The position numbers and the translations under genes are program-made. From contig AP029158.1 of NCBI GenBank assembly GCA_037076615.1, forward strand, positions 397,337 to 461,336: a stretch of 64,000 nucleotides of DNA. Reading direction: 5' to 3'. The DNA is from Candidatus Parcubacteria bacterium. GTDB lineage: Bacteria; Patescibacteriota; Patescibacteriia; Patescibacteriales; UBA12465. Positions 16,222 to 27,172 of this stretch are shown piece after piece. Positions within the stretch are counted from its first letter, which is position 1. Each line of letters begins with the position of its first letter. The notes beneath the pieces are model-generated. The model had not been told where the DNA came from, did no database searches, and was given only the letters and a program-made list of their open reading frames with translations.

Positions 16222-16249
16222 ATTTTAACAAATGCTCACTTTCTGTCAA
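16222..16249 (-). promoter_or_regulatory. Sigma-70-type promoter TTGACA-N16-TAAAAT upstream of tRNA-Asn
   Basis: Read on the minus strand: -35 at 16249-16244 and -10 at 16227-16222. Confidence 0.5.
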
Positions 16250-16313
16250 CAATCTTAAGCCCCCGAAAAATCGGGGGCTTAAGCCTTACGTTAAACAATA
16301 TCTTATCTTTTCT

Positions 16314-17756
16314 TTAGTAATCTTTGAGCTTTTCTAAACCTTTGAAGCGACGAATCTTTTCTAAAGCTTTAGATTCGATTTGACGGATACGCTCGCGGGT
16401 AACTTCAAATTCGCGGCCCACCTCTTCCAAAGTGTGGGAAATTCCGTCTACTAAACCGAAGCGCCACTCTAAGATTTTTTGCTCACGCGGTGATAACTGA
16501 GAGACAATTTCCTTAACATAATCTTTAAGTAACTGAAGAGCGGCAACTCTGTCCGGAGCCATGGTTTTTACATCTTGGATAAAGTCTTCCAAAGTAGAAT
16601 CTTCTTCATCATCACCAATAGCGGCTTGCAGTGAAATTGTATCTTGAGAAATTTTAATGATGTAGCGAACCTTTTCAATATCTTCACCCATCTCGGCAGC
16701 TGCTTCTTCGGCCATTGGTTCTCGGCCTAATTCTTGGACTAAGAAACGTTGAGTCTGTTGGAACTTATTAATCGTCTCCACCATATGCACTGGGATGCGA
16801 ATGGTGCGTGACTGATCAGCTAAAGCGCGCGTAATCGCTTGGCGAATCCACCAAGTGGCATAAGTAGAAAACTTAAAGCCTTTACGGTATTCAAATTTTT
16901 CTACCGCTCGGAATAAACCGATGTTTCCTTCTTGAATTAAATCAAGCAGTGACAAGCCTTTAGCACCAGCAAACTTTTTGGCATTAGCCACCACCAAGCG
17001 CAAATTAGCTTCAATAATCTGTCTCTCCGCCTCTTTATCACCCTTCTCTTTGCGCTTCGCTAACTCTACCTCTTCCTCGGCGGTTAGCAAAGGGACTTTG
17101 CCAATTTCCTTTAAATACATCTGAATGGAATCCGCGGACATTTTTGATAAATCAAAATTAAGTCCGCCCCCTTTAGCAGCAACTTCTTCTTCTCGACGGG
17201 TATTATCCAAAATACGCCCGAAGTCCTCGGTAACCTTAATACCGTTTTTCTGTAAATCGCCTAAAAACAAATCAAATTCGTAGGTATATTCCTCCACTTC
17301 GGGGAACAAAACTAATAACTCGGTTTCGGTGACAAAACCACGCGTGCGCCCTTTCTTAATTAAGTTTTCTTTCTTCTCCTCGGTCGGGTAAACAATCTCT
17401 CGAGGAGCGGCTGGCTTGGTTGGCGCTTTTTTGACGGCCTTCTTTCCTGGCTTTTTAGCTTGACTACTTTTTTTAGTCACCTTTTTTGGGGTAGCTTTAA
17501 GCGGTGCTTTTTTGGAAGCGACGGCCTGAGAAGTCTTTTTTGGAGTAGCCTTTTTCTGAGCCGCGGCTACTTTAGCGGTTTTTTTTACCGGAGTTTTGCG
17601 GGCCGGTTTTTTGGTGGCGACAGGCTTTTTAGCCGTCAGTCTTTGAGCTTTTTTTTGATCCGATTTTTTGATCGGATTAGTCTTGACCCCAGTTTTCTTG
17701 GTTGAGGCCAAAGTTTTTTTAGTTTTTTGTGCCGAAGACTTTTTAGTCGAGGCCAT
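16314..17756 (-). CDS. rpoD: Primary RNA polymerase sigma factor RpoD (sigma-70) with a ~125-aa Lys/Ala/Pro-rich N-terminal extension
   Basis: Conserved regions 1.2 to 4.2 are present (e.g. [40 protein letters not shown] and [26 protein letters not shown]). The N-terminus is made of KKxxAxK-type repeats. Confidence 0.95.
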   Translation of the reverse strand: MASTKKSSAQKTKKTLASTKKTGVKTNPIKKSDQKKAQRLTAKKPVATKKPARKTPVKKTAKVAAAQKKATPKKTSQAVASKKAPLKATPKKVTKKSSQAKKPGKKAVKKAPTKPAAPREIVYPTEEKKENLIKKGRTRGFVTETELLVLFPEVEEYTYEFDLFLGDLQKNGIKVTEDFGRILDNTRREEEVAAKGGGLNFDLSKMSADSIQMYLKEIGKVPLLTAEEEVELAKRKEKGDKEAERQIIEANLRLVVANAKKFAGAKGLSLLDLIQEGNIGLFRAVEKFEYRKGFKFSTYATWWIRQAITRALADQSRTIRIPVHMVETINKFQQTQRFLVQELGREPMAEEAAAEMGEDIEKVRYIIKISQDTISLQAAIGDDEEDSTLEDFIQDVKTMAPDRVAALQLLKDYVKEIVSQLSPREQKILEWRFGLVDGISHTLEEVGREFEVTRERIRQIESKALEKIRRFKGLEKLKDY

Positions 17757-17766
17757 ATTAAACTTG

Positions 17767-19575
17767 TTAACTTAAACTTTGATTACGTTGTCGTTCCTGA
17801 TTTAAATACTTGAGCTCTTCCATTAAAACCGTGATTTTTTCCGTATCCCCAGCCGCCTCCGCGGCGGCAAGTTCTCTAGTGGCGGCCGCTAAACGATTCT
17901 TTAAATAAGCACCTTCTAAATCAGCTAAAACGCGGATTAACTCTTCTCGAACCTCCTTTAGTTCATTGGTGTAAAAATCTTTATCGCCCAACAAAACCAA
18001 GCGGTCTAGCAAATTAAATTCTTCTTCAGCACCGCTTAAATAATTTCTAAAGTTTTGATAAGAGAAATCAGTTTCCTTATTATAATAGATAATTAGATTA
18101 TTGTAAAATGTGCCCAGTTTCGGTGGCTGTAACCAGGCGGGATTTGAGTTAGCCGCCGCGTAATCTAACAGTTCGGGGAATTTAATAATAATGGCGAGGA
18201 GTCGTTCGCTTAGCTGCTCTTCGCGGCTCGGTAAAATTAAAGTCGGCGTTTTTTCTGTCTTCAGTTTAGTGGGTTGACTCGTTTTTTTATTAACTAGCGC
18301 CGACAGGGCGGACCGGAGCTCGGTTTCAGCCACCCCTAAACGTTCCGCAAAACGCCGTAACCAATAACTAGCCTCAATCTTGTTAGTCATCAGCGCTAAC
18401 AGGGGCAAGATTTTTTCAATTACTTCCCCGCGCCGAGTCACATCATTTAAATCTAAATTTTCAACCAATTGCCCAAAATAATATTCCATCATCGGCGGGG
18501 CGTTTTTGACCGCCTCTTTAAAAGCTTCTGGATCACGGCGCAAACTTTCATCGGGATCTTTGCCATTAGGTACGACCACGACCCGAATATTCATTTCTTG
18601 AGCTAAAGCCTCGCCAATCCCGCGATCGGCCGCCAGTTGTCCGGCGGTATCGGCATCAAAACAGAGGGCGATATTTTTACTATAGCGCTTGAGCAAAGTT
18701 ATCTGCGCAGCGGTTAAAGCGGTGCCACTAGAAGCAACCGTATTTTTGAAACCAAACTGATGGCAAGCAATAACATCCATCTGCCCTTCCACAACAATGG
18801 CTAAATCTTCAGCTTTAATCACTTGCTTAGCCTTGTCTAAACCGAACAAAAGTCGACTTTTATCATAAACGCCACTCTGCGGACTATTGATATATTTACC
18901 GGTTTTTTGATCAGTCGACTGAGGATTAAGACGACCGGAAAAACCAACTGGATTACCAGCCAGGTCATTAAGAGGAAACATCAGCCGATCGCGAAAACGA
19001 TCATAGGTGCGACCATCCTTGTTTATTGCTAAGCCCGCGGCTTCTAGTTCGGTAGGTGTATATTTTTTGCCAGATTGAGGTCTGGTAACTAAAAACTTAC
19101 TTAAAGAATCCCAACTATTGGGCGCGTAGCCAAGCTGCCAGTCTTTAATTATTTCCGGCGTGAGCCCGCGCTCTTCTAAATAAGCCCGAATTGACGCCCC
19201 GGTGGAAGTCGTTAATATATACTCGTAGTATTTTACCGCCAGTGCCAAAACGTCTAAAAGACGGTTGCGCTTATCACTATCTTGAGGAACAAAATCATTT
19301 TTTAAAACCACGCCCGCCTTCGGAGCTAATTGTCTGAGCGCCTCTTTAAAAGAAAGCCCCTCTATCTCCATTAAAAAGGTAAAGATATCCCCGCCCTTAC
19401 CGCAGCCAAAACAGTGCCAAATGCGCTTTTCTGGAGAAATAACAAAAGACGGCGTCTTTTCCCCATGAAAGGGGCAAAGAGCGTTAAAATTGGCACCAGC
19501 GGGCTTCACGGGGATAAATTCGCGAATGAACTCCACTAGGTCCAGTTTTTCCTTGATTTCTTCAGCGGGGGTCAT
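17767..19575 (-). CDS. dnaG: DNA primase DnaG
   Basis: 602 aa with the zinc-binding [11 protein letters not shown] motif, an RNA polymerase core and a TOPRIM domain ([11 protein letters not shown]). It lies immediately upstream of rpoD. Confidence 0.95.
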   Translation of the reverse strand: MTPAEEIKEKLDLVEFIREFIPVKPAGANFNALCPFHGEKTPSFVISPEKRIWHCFGCGKGGDIFTFLMEIEGLSFKEALRQLAPKAGVVLKNDFVPQDSDKRNRLLDVLALAVKYYEYILTTSTGASIRAYLEERGLTPEIIKDWQLGYAPNSWDSLSKFLVTRPQSGKKYTPTELEAAGLAINKDGRTYDRFRDRLMFPLNDLAGNPVGFSGRLNPQSTDQKTGKYINSPQSGVYDKSRLLFGLDKAKQVIKAEDLAIVVEGQMDVIACHQFGFKNTVASSGTALTAAQITLLKRYSKNIALCFDADTAGQLAADRGIGEALAQEMNIRVVVVPNGKDPDESLRRDPEAFKEAVKNAPPMMEYYFGQLVENLDLNDVTRRGEVIEKILPLLALMTNKIEASYWLRRFAERLGVAETELRSALSALVNKKTSQPTKLKTEKTPTLILPSREEQLSERLLAIIIKFPELLDYAAANSNPAWLQPPKLGTFYNNLIIYYNKETDFSYQNFRNYLSGAEEEFNLLDRLVLLGDKDFYTNELKEVREELIRVLADLEGAYLKNRLAAATRELAAAEAAGDTEKITVLMEELKYLNQERQRNQSLS

Positions 19576-19661
19576 AAAAATCTACTTTTTATTAGCTTAA
19601 CCGCTGCCGGTCTTTTAAGCAAGAGAGCCTTAATTAATTCTCAAGGCCAACTTAATTTTTT

Positions 19662-19982
19662 CTAAAATGAATCTAAATATTCTCTTAGGTTTTGCGCTAA
19701 ATCAGTTAAAGCTGTTTCTACCACCGGACCGTCATATTCAGCATTGTGCATCCTGACACCTTGATAACTAGCTTGCTTTTGATCCAGGTGAACTTCTAAA
19801 ATAAAACGATCGGGCGTTTCTTTGACATAGAGGTGCAGGCGTGGATAAAAATCGCGAGTTAAGCGTTTAACATAACTTCCCTGTTCACGGCGTTTATCAA
19901 AAATATAAGCCCATCCGGCTTGGCGTAAAAAATTATCAGCTTGGAAGTTGGGAACTTTTTCTTTACTGATTATTAGCTTCAT
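19662..19982 (-). CDS. Hypothetical protein, 106 aa
   Basis: ORF with no recognised motif. It occupies the position where rpsU often sits upstream of dnaG. Confidence 0.4.
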   Translation of the reverse strand: MKLIISKEKVPNFQADNFLRQAGWAYIFDKRREQGSYVKRLTRDFYPRLHLYVKETPDRFILEVHLDQKQASYQGVRMHNAEYDGPVVETALTDLAQNLREYLDSF

Positions 19983-20445
19983 TGTCTTTATTTTTAAAAA
20001 TTACAAACTTACTCATTAAAAAATTATAGAGCCCAAGGGTGACATTAGCAATCAGTTGCGATAAGAGGTGCCAGACCCCAAAAAAATTAGTAAGCCACTG
20101 CACCAAAATAATGTTCAGACTTAAAATAATTAGGGTGTTAAAAAAATAGGCGATCATTTGTTTGGACACCCCTTGCCTGCGGGTACCAAAGGTCCAGCCA
20201 CGATGAATAAAGAAACTGACGAAGAAAGCTAAAATAAAAGCCAAGGCTGTTGAAAGTTCCAAGCTTAATTTTACTAAATCATAAAAAATAAAAAGAAAAA
20301 CAATACTGGTTAAACCTACCACCATTGAAGAAACTAGAAAACGGGCGAGTTTATCATCTTTAATAACGTGCGCATAAAGCCGCGGAAACAAGCGTTTTAA
20401 AAGGCGGTCAGTAAAATTGCTGAAAGTCTTAAAAACTGAAGTCAT
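19963..20445 (-). CDS. GtrA-family membrane protein (polysaccharide synthesis / flippase accessory)
   Basis: 160 aa with four TM helices. Size and topology fit the GtrA family. Confidence 0.6.
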   Translation of the reverse strand: MTSVFKTFSNFTDRLLKRLFPRLYAHVIKDDKLARFLVSSMVVGLTSIVFLFIFYDLVKLSLELSTALAFILAFFVSFFIHRGWTFGTRRQGVSKQMIAYFFNTLIILSLNIILVQWLTNFFGVWHLLSQLIANVTLGLYNFLMSKFVIFKNKDNEANNQ

Positions 20446-20454
20446 AAAAATAAA

Positions 20455-21381
20455 TTAACGCCAAGAAAAATAAGTAGCGACCCAATCAGCCAGCGTTTCG
20501 GTGTCTCTAAAACGCTCAGCACTGGAAGAAGCGCCTAAGACAACAGTGATAATGGTTTCTTCGGTTTCCAGCTCATTAATGGCGGCGGCAAAACAATAAC
20601 CCGCCTCTTCAGTATAACCAGTTTTCGCTCCTTCTAAAGCGAGGTCCACGGAATCGGCGTGAACTAAATCATTAGTCGCTTCAACGATCCGGGTTTTTCC
20701 CTCTTTAGTGGTAAAGCGATAAGTGTTTAAATTAGTGGTGGCCGCTATCTCCGGATAAGCAAGGGTGGCTTTCACCAGCCGCGCTACATCTTGAGCGCTG
20801 GCCACATTTCCGGCTGCGAGGCCCGTCGGTTCAACAAAGTGGCTAGAAAACATTCCTAAACGTTTAGCTTGATTATTCATCGCCGCTACAAAATCTTCTT
20901 CGCTTAAGCCGGTGGATTTCGCTAGTGCTCTAGTGGCCACATTATCAGAACCAACCAAGGCGGATTTAAAAAGATCAAGCACCGTCACCGTATCACCACT
21001 CCAGAAATGAATTTTACCGCCAGCGATATGATCACCAGCGCTAATTTTATACTCTTGATCAAAACCAGGATTATTTTCCAAGAAAACTAAGACCGTCATT
21101 AACTTGGTTAAACTGGCAATCGGCTGCGCCACGGTCGCCTCCTTAGTGTATAGGAAAGAATTATCAGCACTGAGCATAACTGCTCCTTTGGGTGCCGAAA
21201 CTTCAGGACCTGGATCTTCGGAATCTTTAGTAAATCTTTTTTTGTCTAGATTAGTCGGTAAAAAATTCTCGGCAGTAACTACTTGTCGACAATCCTGATA
21301 AGCGGCCACCACCTGCTGTGGTTGGGAAATATCAGTAAATAAAAAAATTGCGAAACAATTGATAATGAAGGGCCAATACAT
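20455..21381 (-). CDS. D-alanyl-D-alanine carboxypeptidase (serine peptidase S11, PBP5-like)
   Basis: Signal peptide present. SxxK (SLTKLMT), SxN (GSDNVA) and KTG (KTGYT) motifs are in the canonical order. Confidence 0.85.
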   Translation of the reverse strand: MYWPFIINCFAIFLFTDISQPQQVVAAYQDCRQVVTAENFLPTNLDKKRFTKDSEDPGPEVSAPKGAVMLSADNSFLYTKEATVAQPIASLTKLMTVLVFLENNPGFDQEYKISAGDHIAGGKIHFWSGDTVTVLDLFKSALVGSDNVATRALAKSTGLSEEDFVAAMNNQAKRLGMFSSHFVEPTGLAAGNVASAQDVARLVKATLAYPEIAATTNLNTYRFTTKEGKTRIVEATNDLVHADSVDLALEGAKTGYTEEAGYCFAAAINELETEETIITVVLGASSSAERFRDTETLADWVATYFSWR

Positions 21382-21398
21382 TTTTAATTCGTTTTAAT

Positions 21399-21953
21399 TT
21401 ATAAATCTGAGTCAGCATCCGCTTCGGTAACAGCGCTAGTTAAAGGTTCGCGAGCGTGTAGTTTTTCGTAATCAGGCAATTCGTTTAAATTAGCGACCCC
21501 TAAATATTTCAAAAAATCCAAAGAAACAGAATAGACGGTTTCACCGAGAGCCTTATCTTCGGCCTCTTCAATTAAACCGCGAATCAAAAGATTGCGTAAA
21601 ATCAAACTGCAATTAATCCCTCTAATCATTTCTAGCTCTGCCTTAGTCACTGGGCCACGATAAGCAATGATAGTTAAGGCCTCTAAACTGGCCGGTGTTA
21701 ACTCGCCGGAAGTTTCGTCCTTCAGAAAACGACTAACAATTTCGGCATTTTCCGGGGCGGTCGTTAGTTGATACTTGTCATTATTCTGAGCCAAAATAAA
21801 ACCGCGCCCGGATTCTTGATACTCACTGCCAATCTTAGCGAGCGTGTCTTTAACCTCACCGGCCGAAGCGTCGACGGCCTTAGCTAAATCCTTTAGCGCT
21901 AAGGGCTGGTTAGAGATAAATAATAAAGATTCTAAAATAGATTCGAGTTTCAT
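21399..21953 (-). CDS. scpB: Segregation and condensation protein B (ScpB)
   Basis: 184 aa winged-helix protein with the conserved N-terminus (ESLLFISNQPLALKDLAKAV). Adjacent to scpA. Confidence 0.85.
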   Translation of the reverse strand: MKLESILESLLFISNQPLALKDLAKAVDASAGEVKDTLAKIGSEYQESGRGFILAQNNDKYQLTTAPENAEIVSRFLKDETSGELTPASLEALTIIAYRGPVTKAELEMIRGINCSLILRNLLIRGLIEEAEDKALGETVYSVSLDFLKYLGVANLNELPDYEKLHAREPLTSAVTEADADSDL

Positions 21954-21961
21954 AAATATAA

Positions 21962-22684
21962 TTAGTTAACGGCCACCACCTGAATTTCGGCAAATAAACC
22001 GTCTTGTTCAAAAACCAATTCCTGCTGTTTTGCTAATTCCAAAACAGCTAAAAAATTAACGACGACTTCGGTTCGATTCTTGGCCGTCTTTAAAAACTGA
22101 GAAAAACTAAAACGCAATTTTTTACCTAAGAGCTGGCGAATACTAACAATGCGGTCATCAATACTAATTTTTGCTTCCCAGCTTTCTTCTGGCAAAAGTT
22201 TTACGGTCGCGGCGAGACGATTAAGAATTTCTTCATAACGAGCCGCTAATAATTCCGGGGTTACATTTTTGGGAGCAACAAATTTCGGACGGGTGACTGG
22301 ACGACGACGCCAATTACGATTCAAAGCCGAGGGGGCAAATAAGAATTTTTTGCGGCCAATAATGACCTCTAAGTTATGACTCGCCGCAACGAATTCTTGA
22401 TACATCTTTAACTGCTTTTCAAGATCATCTTCATTGTCTTCACTCTCATCAAAAACTAAATAAGGGAGGAGTGCCTTAGATTTTATATAAAGTAAACGCG
22501 CTGCTAAAACTAAAAAATCCGCCAACTCCTCATCGGGGATATTAGGATTGGTTTGGACATAGTCAACATAGTTGTCGGCAATTTTAGCTAGCGACACCTC
22601 GGTAATATCCAATTCCTCTTTCTCAATTAAACGTAAGAGTAAACCTAAAGGACCAGTAAATTGCTCTAGTTCGATTTCATGCAT
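21962..22684 (-). CDS. scpA: Segregation and condensation protein A (ScpA, kleisin)
   Basis: 240 aa. The N-terminal FTGPLGLLLRLIEKEELDITEVSLAKIADNY is typical of ScpA. Confidence 0.85.
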   Translation of the reverse strand: MHEIELEQFTGPLGLLLRLIEKEELDITEVSLAKIADNYVDYVQTNPNIPDEELADFLVLAARLLYIKSKALLPYLVFDESEDNEDDLEKQLKMYQEFVAASHNLEVIIGRKKFLFAPSALNRNWRRRPVTRPKFVAPKNVTPELLAARYEEILNRLAATVKLLPEESWEAKISIDDRIVSIRQLLGKKLRFSFSQFLKTAKNRTEVVVNFLAVLELAKQQELVFEQDGLFAEIQVVAVN

Positions 22685-22689
22685 AAAGC

Positions 22690-23706
22690 TTAACGCGCCT
22701 TCTCAGCCTCAACGGTGACCGGACTTTTCTCCGACCAAACTTTTAAATCAAAGCAATAATAGCCGGCATCATGAGTTTGCCCATAAAGCGGTCGACTCTC
22801 CGGATAGAGCTGGGTATTGTCGGTATCGGTGCGAAAAGTGGCACAGAGTCTATAATTTTCGTCGTCAACAATTTCGTAAACCAAAGGTAAGCCAGTATCA
22901 CTATCAATTAAATCCTGAGTACTGAAATAAGCGGTGCGGCTATTTTTAAGAGTATTTAAATCCTCCGGTAACTGACCATATTCCTCATAATAAGAGTTAA
23001 TTGAATTCTCAACCAAGTTAACACTATTCATTAATTGGCTGTCTAGTTTTTTGGCTCGGGTCACAGTCGGCGCTTCCATAAAAAACCAAGCTGAGACAAA
23101 AGCGGCGATCACCAAAAGCAGCGAAGCGAAGAAGAAAATCTTGATTCCTGCTCGCCCTTCATTAGGATTGCGGCGACGAATTTCCAAGAGGTAGAAAGAA
23201 AAAATAATTCCGGCAATCAGTAAGACTGTTAACATCTGTAAAATGAAACGCCAAGTAAAATCACCGGATAAAAAATTATTCAAAACAGCGATTAAAACAC
23301 CGAGGATCGTAACAGCGGAAACAAATAAAATTAAATAAGTCATCCAGCGACGCACCGGTGACTCTAAGGGCAAATCCTCTTTACGCAAACCTTTAAAAAT
23401 CAAACGCTGCATTACATAGAAAATTGGCGCGGCAATTACTAAAGAGGAAATAGCAAAGCGGAAGGAAGCCGAAGGGTCATAATAAGAAGAAAGTGGTGAA
23501 GCTAAAGTCTCGTTAATGATTCCAAAGGCGATCAGGCCCACCGAAACCGCGGTAAAAGCCAGCGCGACTAAGGACAATAAATAATAGAACACGTATTTAG
23601 CAGAATTATTCATATATTTATGATTACGATAATCGGTGATAGCACCGATTATAAAAATGCTTAAGAAAATTATTGTCGCCGGGATAAAAACCAAAGCGCT
23701 AAACAT
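22690..23706 (-). CDS. Integral membrane protein, function unknown (~6 TM helices plus a C-terminal extracytoplasmic domain)
   Basis: Hydrophobicity pattern only. Its start overlaps the aspS stop by 8 nt. Confidence 0.45.
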   Translation of the reverse strand: MFSALVFIPATIIFLSIFIIGAITDYRNHKYMNNSAKYVFYYLLSLVALAFTAVSVGLIAFGIINETLASPLSSYYDPSASFRFAISSLVIAAPIFYVMQRLIFKGLRKEDLPLESPVRRWMTYLILFVSAVTILGVLIAVLNNFLSGDFTWRFILQMLTVLLIAGIIFSFYLLEIRRRNPNEGRAGIKIFFFASLLLVIAAFVSAWFFMEAPTVTRAKKLDSQLMNSVNLVENSINSYYEEYGQLPEDLNTLKNSRTAYFSTQDLIDSDTGLPLVYEIVDDENYRLCATFRTDTDNTQLYPESRPLYGQTHDAGYYCFDLKVWSEKSPVTVEAEKAR

Positions 23707-25498
23707 TTTTTTGCGGTTTTAGATTAATATTTAACTCTTCTAATTGCCCTTCAGAAACGGAAGCGGGCGCGTCCGACATTAAATCTCGGCCCTGATTGTC
23801 TTTAGGGAAAGCATAAATATCGCGAATTGAATCCCAATCATTTAACACCATTAAAATCCGGTCAATTCCCGGGGCATTGCCGCCATGAGGGGGCGCGCCA
23901 TAAGAGAAGGCATTAATCATCGCGCCAAACTTTTTGTCCACTTCCTCTTTACTGTAGCCAGCAATGTTAAAAGCAGCATACATAATCTCTGGGTCATGGT
24001 TGCGAATACCACCCGAGGAAACTTCAAAGCCGTTTAAAACTAAATCAAATTGATAAGCTAAAATCTCAAAAGGATCTTTAGACTGCAGTGCCTCCAGGCC
24101 GCCCTGAGGCATAGAAAAAGGATTGTGACTAAAATCAACCTTCCCTTCTTCTAAATCAGAATAATCATACATGGGAAAGTCAACGACCCAAATCCAAGCG
24201 GCGACCGAATTATCTTTGAGGCCTAAACGTAAGCCGACTTCGTTGCGCACGGCGCCTAAAGCCTCGGAAATTAATCGCCAGGGGCCAGCAGCTAAGAAAA
24301 CTAAATCACCAACTTCTAAGGAAACAGAAGCAGCTAAAACTTGTAAAGCTTCCGGCGTCACCGCCTTAGCAAAAGAAGCGCTGAGCTCATGGTCGCGACT
24401 GATAATGTAAGCTAAACCGCCTAAACCTCGCTTTTTCGCCACGGCAATCAGCTCATCAATTTCCCGTCGCGAAAACTTAGCCCCGCCGGGAATTTTTAAA
24501 GCTTTCACCACGCCACCGGCAGCTAAGGCCTCGGTAAAAATTTTAAAATCACTTTTTTTAGCGGCCTCCGAAACATCTTGTAATTCTAAGGCAAAGCGGG
24601 TATCGGGTTTATCAGAGCCATAACGATCAATGGCTTCTTGCCAAGAGATTTGCCGAAAGCGACCGTCCGGCCATAAATTAATTAATTTTTTGGTGCTAAT
24701 CTTTTCAGTCAACTCTTTCATGATCGGCTCCATGATTTGAAAAATATCATCCTGCTCGACAAAACTCATCTCCATGTCTAACTGATAAAATTCACCGTAA
24801 TGTCTATCCAGGCGTGGATCTTCATCGCGAAAACAAGGGGCAATTTGAAAATACCGGTCTAAACCGCCGACCATTAAAAGCTGCTTGAACTGCTGCGGTG
24901 CTTGCGGTAAGGCGTAAAATTTTCCAGGATGCAAACGAGAAGGAATTAAAAAATCACGCGCCCCTTCGGGCGAGGAAGAAGCGAGAATTGGGGTTTGGAC
25001 TTCAGTAAAATCATGGGCGTGAAAATATTCCCGGATTATGGTAATCATCCGGTCTTTAGTACGCAACATTTCTTGAATTTTAGGACGGCGTAAATCTAAA
25101 TAACGATATTTAAGACGCAAAGCTTCATTGGCTAAACCGGTCTTATCTTCATTTAATTCAAAAGGCATGAGCTTTGACTGGCTGAGAATCTTAATTTCGG
25201 TAGCCGGAATCTCAATGGCGCCAGTTTTCATTTCCGGGTTAGTCTGCCCTTCACCACGCGCGCGAACCGGACCAATTATCTGTAGCACCCACTCGGGCTT
25301 AATGGTCTCGGCTAAAGAAATTAAATCAGCGGCGGTGGTGGCCGGATCTAAGATCACTTGAGTAATACCATAGCGATCGCGAAGGTTAATAAAAATTAAA
25401 CCACCATGATTGCGGATACTCGCCACCCAACCACTTAAAGCCACTATTTCCCCAATCTGAGTAGAGTTTAGTTCGCCACAAGTGTGCGTTCGTAACAT
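23699..25498 (-). CDS. aspS: Aspartate--tRNA ligase
   Basis: 599 aa with an N-terminal OB anticodon-binding domain, class II motifs (FRDEDPRLDRH ... GGIRNHD) and a GAD insertion. Confidence 0.95.
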   Translation of the reverse strand: MLRTHTCGELNSTQIGEIVALSGWVASIRNHGGLIFINLRDRYGITQVILDPATTAADLISLAETIKPEWVLQIIGPVRARGEGQTNPEMKTGAIEIPATEIKILSQSKLMPFELNEDKTGLANEALRLKYRYLDLRRPKIQEMLRTKDRMITIIREYFHAHDFTEVQTPILASSSPEGARDFLIPSRLHPGKFYALPQAPQQFKQLLMVGGLDRYFQIAPCFRDEDPRLDRHYGEFYQLDMEMSFVEQDDIFQIMEPIMKELTEKISTKKLINLWPDGRFRQISWQEAIDRYGSDKPDTRFALELQDVSEAAKKSDFKIFTEALAAGGVVKALKIPGGAKFSRREIDELIAVAKKRGLGGLAYIISRDHELSASFAKAVTPEALQVLAASVSLEVGDLVFLAAGPWRLISEALGAVRNEVGLRLGLKDNSVAAWIWVVDFPMYDYSDLEEGKVDFSHNPFSMPQGGLEALQSKDPFEILAYQFDLVLNGFEVSSGGIRNHDPEIMYAAFNIAGYSKEEVDKKFGAMINAFSYGAPPHGGNAPGIDRILMVLNDWDSIRDIYAFPKDNQGRDLMSDAPASVSEGQLEELNINLKPQKNV

Positions 25499-25617
25499 AT
25501 TGATAAAAAATTAAAACTCGGGAAAATCTTGAATTCCCCGCCTTTTTCACGGTAATACCTTTTAAATCTTACCCCATTAGAGCGGATTTAGCAAGAATCG
25601 ACACGGTTAAAGGTTAA

Positions 25618-25648
25618 AAAAAAGGAGTCTTTTTTAGACTCCATTTTT
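25618..25648. terminator. Bidirectional intrinsic terminator (GGAGTCT-ttttt-AGACTCC)
   Basis: 7-bp stem flanked by an A-run and a T-run. It separates the recO-hypothetical unit from aspS. Confidence 0.55.
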
Positions 25649-25951
25649 AAATTTTTCTTCCCTCTTAAGTCTTCTTGATTTTATCGCCACCCTCCGAAAT
25701 CTTCCGGTTTTTTTGGAAAATAAAAAGAAATGTGGTCCGATTTTTTTATACAGTTGAAGACCAGGAAATTCGCGGTTAATGTTCCGGAAGCGATTAACCG
25801 CTGCGGCATCGTCATACCCCTCAAGGCTGGTAAAATAAAGGATGAGATCACAGTCACCCATCATAACATATTTAGTGCCGACTCGCGCCTTTTTTTGCCT
25901 AATAATAATTTCAATGTCGGCAGCTATCTTTACCCTTGTTATTCTATCCAT
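25634..25951 (-). CDS. Hypothetical protein, 105 aa
   Basis: The minus-strand ORF ends at the terminator and follows recO. The overlapping plus-strand ORF (25730-25969) is judged spurious. Confidence 0.35.
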   Translation of the reverse strand: MDRITRVKIAADIEIIIRQKKARVGTKYVMMGDCDLILYFTSLEGYDDAAAVNRFRNINREFPGLQLYKKIGPHFFLFSKKTGRFRRVAIKSRRLKREEKFKNGV

Positions 25952-26029
25952 TATTTATTTAATTTTTAAAGTTTTTGGTACTCCTGTTAATAATACAATA
26001 TATTAACGATAAAGTCAATAGCTAGGAAC

Positions 26030-26752
26030 TTAGAGAAAATCTAACATGACTTTATTAACTTCCCCCCAGCCTTTCAAGTCTTCGCTTTTAATACTCAGGG
26101 CCGGCAATTGATCATTTTTTGTGGCTAAACGGAGTATTTTAATCACATTATCTGTTATCGGTCGGCTCACTCCAGAAAAACGGGAGTTTTGCCGACAAAG
26201 GGGACAAATAAGGCCCCGCTGGGCCCCGGAAAAAAAGTTGCCACCCGGTTTCAAAGCTTGACCGCACCAAGCACAATGACTCAAGTCTGGTTCATAACCC
26301 AAAAGACTTAGCAGCCGGGAAATAAAATGTTGATAGCAGCGCTCACCCCGCGGTCGGCTCAGATTTAGAGCTTCTTGATTTAAATTAAAAAGCCAATTGT
26401 TAAAAAAATTAAAGAGCGCCGGATCGCTTAAATTTTCTTTGACTAAATTATCAAAAAGGTCAATTGCCGCGCCGGCGTAATAAAGAGCGTTCAGATCATT
26501 TTTTAAATTTAGAAAACCTTCGCTCATCACTGCGCTCCCCACATAGGAGTTTTGGCGGCTAGTTAAAATCATTAAATCAACCTGCGTAATTGGTTCTAAA
26601 TGAGCGGCTAACTTAGAGCTCATCTTTTTCGTTCCCCGCGCACTTAAGATTTTTTTACCATAATCTTCCGTATATAAAACCACGCGACTATCGTAGTCGC
26701 GCCAAGGAGATCTTTTTAGAATTAAAGCGCGGCTGCGCTGGGTTTCCGCCAT
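26030..26752 (-). CDS. recO: DNA repair protein RecO
   Basis: 240 aa with an N-terminal OB fold and a C-terminal Cys4 zinc motif (CAWCG ... CPLC). Confidence 0.85.
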   Translation of the reverse strand: MAETQRSRALILKRSPWRDYDSRVVLYTEDYGKKILSARGTKKMSSKLAAHLEPITQVDLMILTSRQNSYVGSAVMSEGFLNLKNDLNALYYAGAAIDLFDNLVKENLSDPALFNFFNNWLFNLNQEALNLSRPRGERCYQHFISRLLSLLGYEPDLSHCAWCGQALKPGGNFFSGAQRGLICPLCRQNSRFSGVSRPITDNVIKILRLATKNDQLPALSIKSEDLKGWGEVNKVMLDFL

Positions 26753-26753
26753 A

Positions 26754-27137
26754 TTAACTTGCTTGCCGATCTAAAAAAACTTGTAGAATTAAGGCAGCGG
26801 CGATCTCATCACGACCAGCCTTGTCTTTTTTAGAACCCATTAAGGCATCCCCCCCTAAAGAGCTTAATCTTTCATCAATCTGATGAATCGGTAAATTAAC
26901 TTGGGTGGCTAAATCGGAGCTAAATTGAAGAAAATCAGAACTCAGCGGATCATTAGGGCGGCTCATCTTTTTCGGCACCCCTAAAACCAACTCTTCAATC
27001 TCTTCGGCAGCGATCACTTCTAAGAGCGCCGGCAGATTAGAGACCGTTTTAAAAGGTAAGGCCAGATTAGTTTCCGAATCCCCAGTCGCTAAACCAATTC
27101 TTTTTTCGCCCCAATCAATGCCTAGATATTTAACCAT
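26754..27137 (-). CDS. ruvX: Holliday-junction resolvase-like nuclease RuvX (YqgF)
   Basis: 127 aa. MVKYLGIDWGEKRIGLATGD is the RNase H-like YqgF N-terminus. Confidence 0.85.
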   Translation of the reverse strand: MVKYLGIDWGEKRIGLATGDSETNLALPFKTVSNLPALLEVIAAEEIEELVLGVPKKMSRPNDPLSSDFLQFSSDLATQVNLPIHQIDERLSSLGGDALMGSKKDKAGRDEIAAALILQVFLDRQAS

Positions 27138-27172
27138 AAAGCGCTTTAATAAAGCCTTAATTAATTCTCAAT

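Noticed and set aside
25730-25969. 79-aa plus-strand ORF overlapping the 25634-25951 minus-strand ORF
   Set aside because: The minus-strand ORF fits the operon orientation (recO upstream, terminator downstream). The plus ORF has no promoter or terminator context. Neither ORF has strong support.
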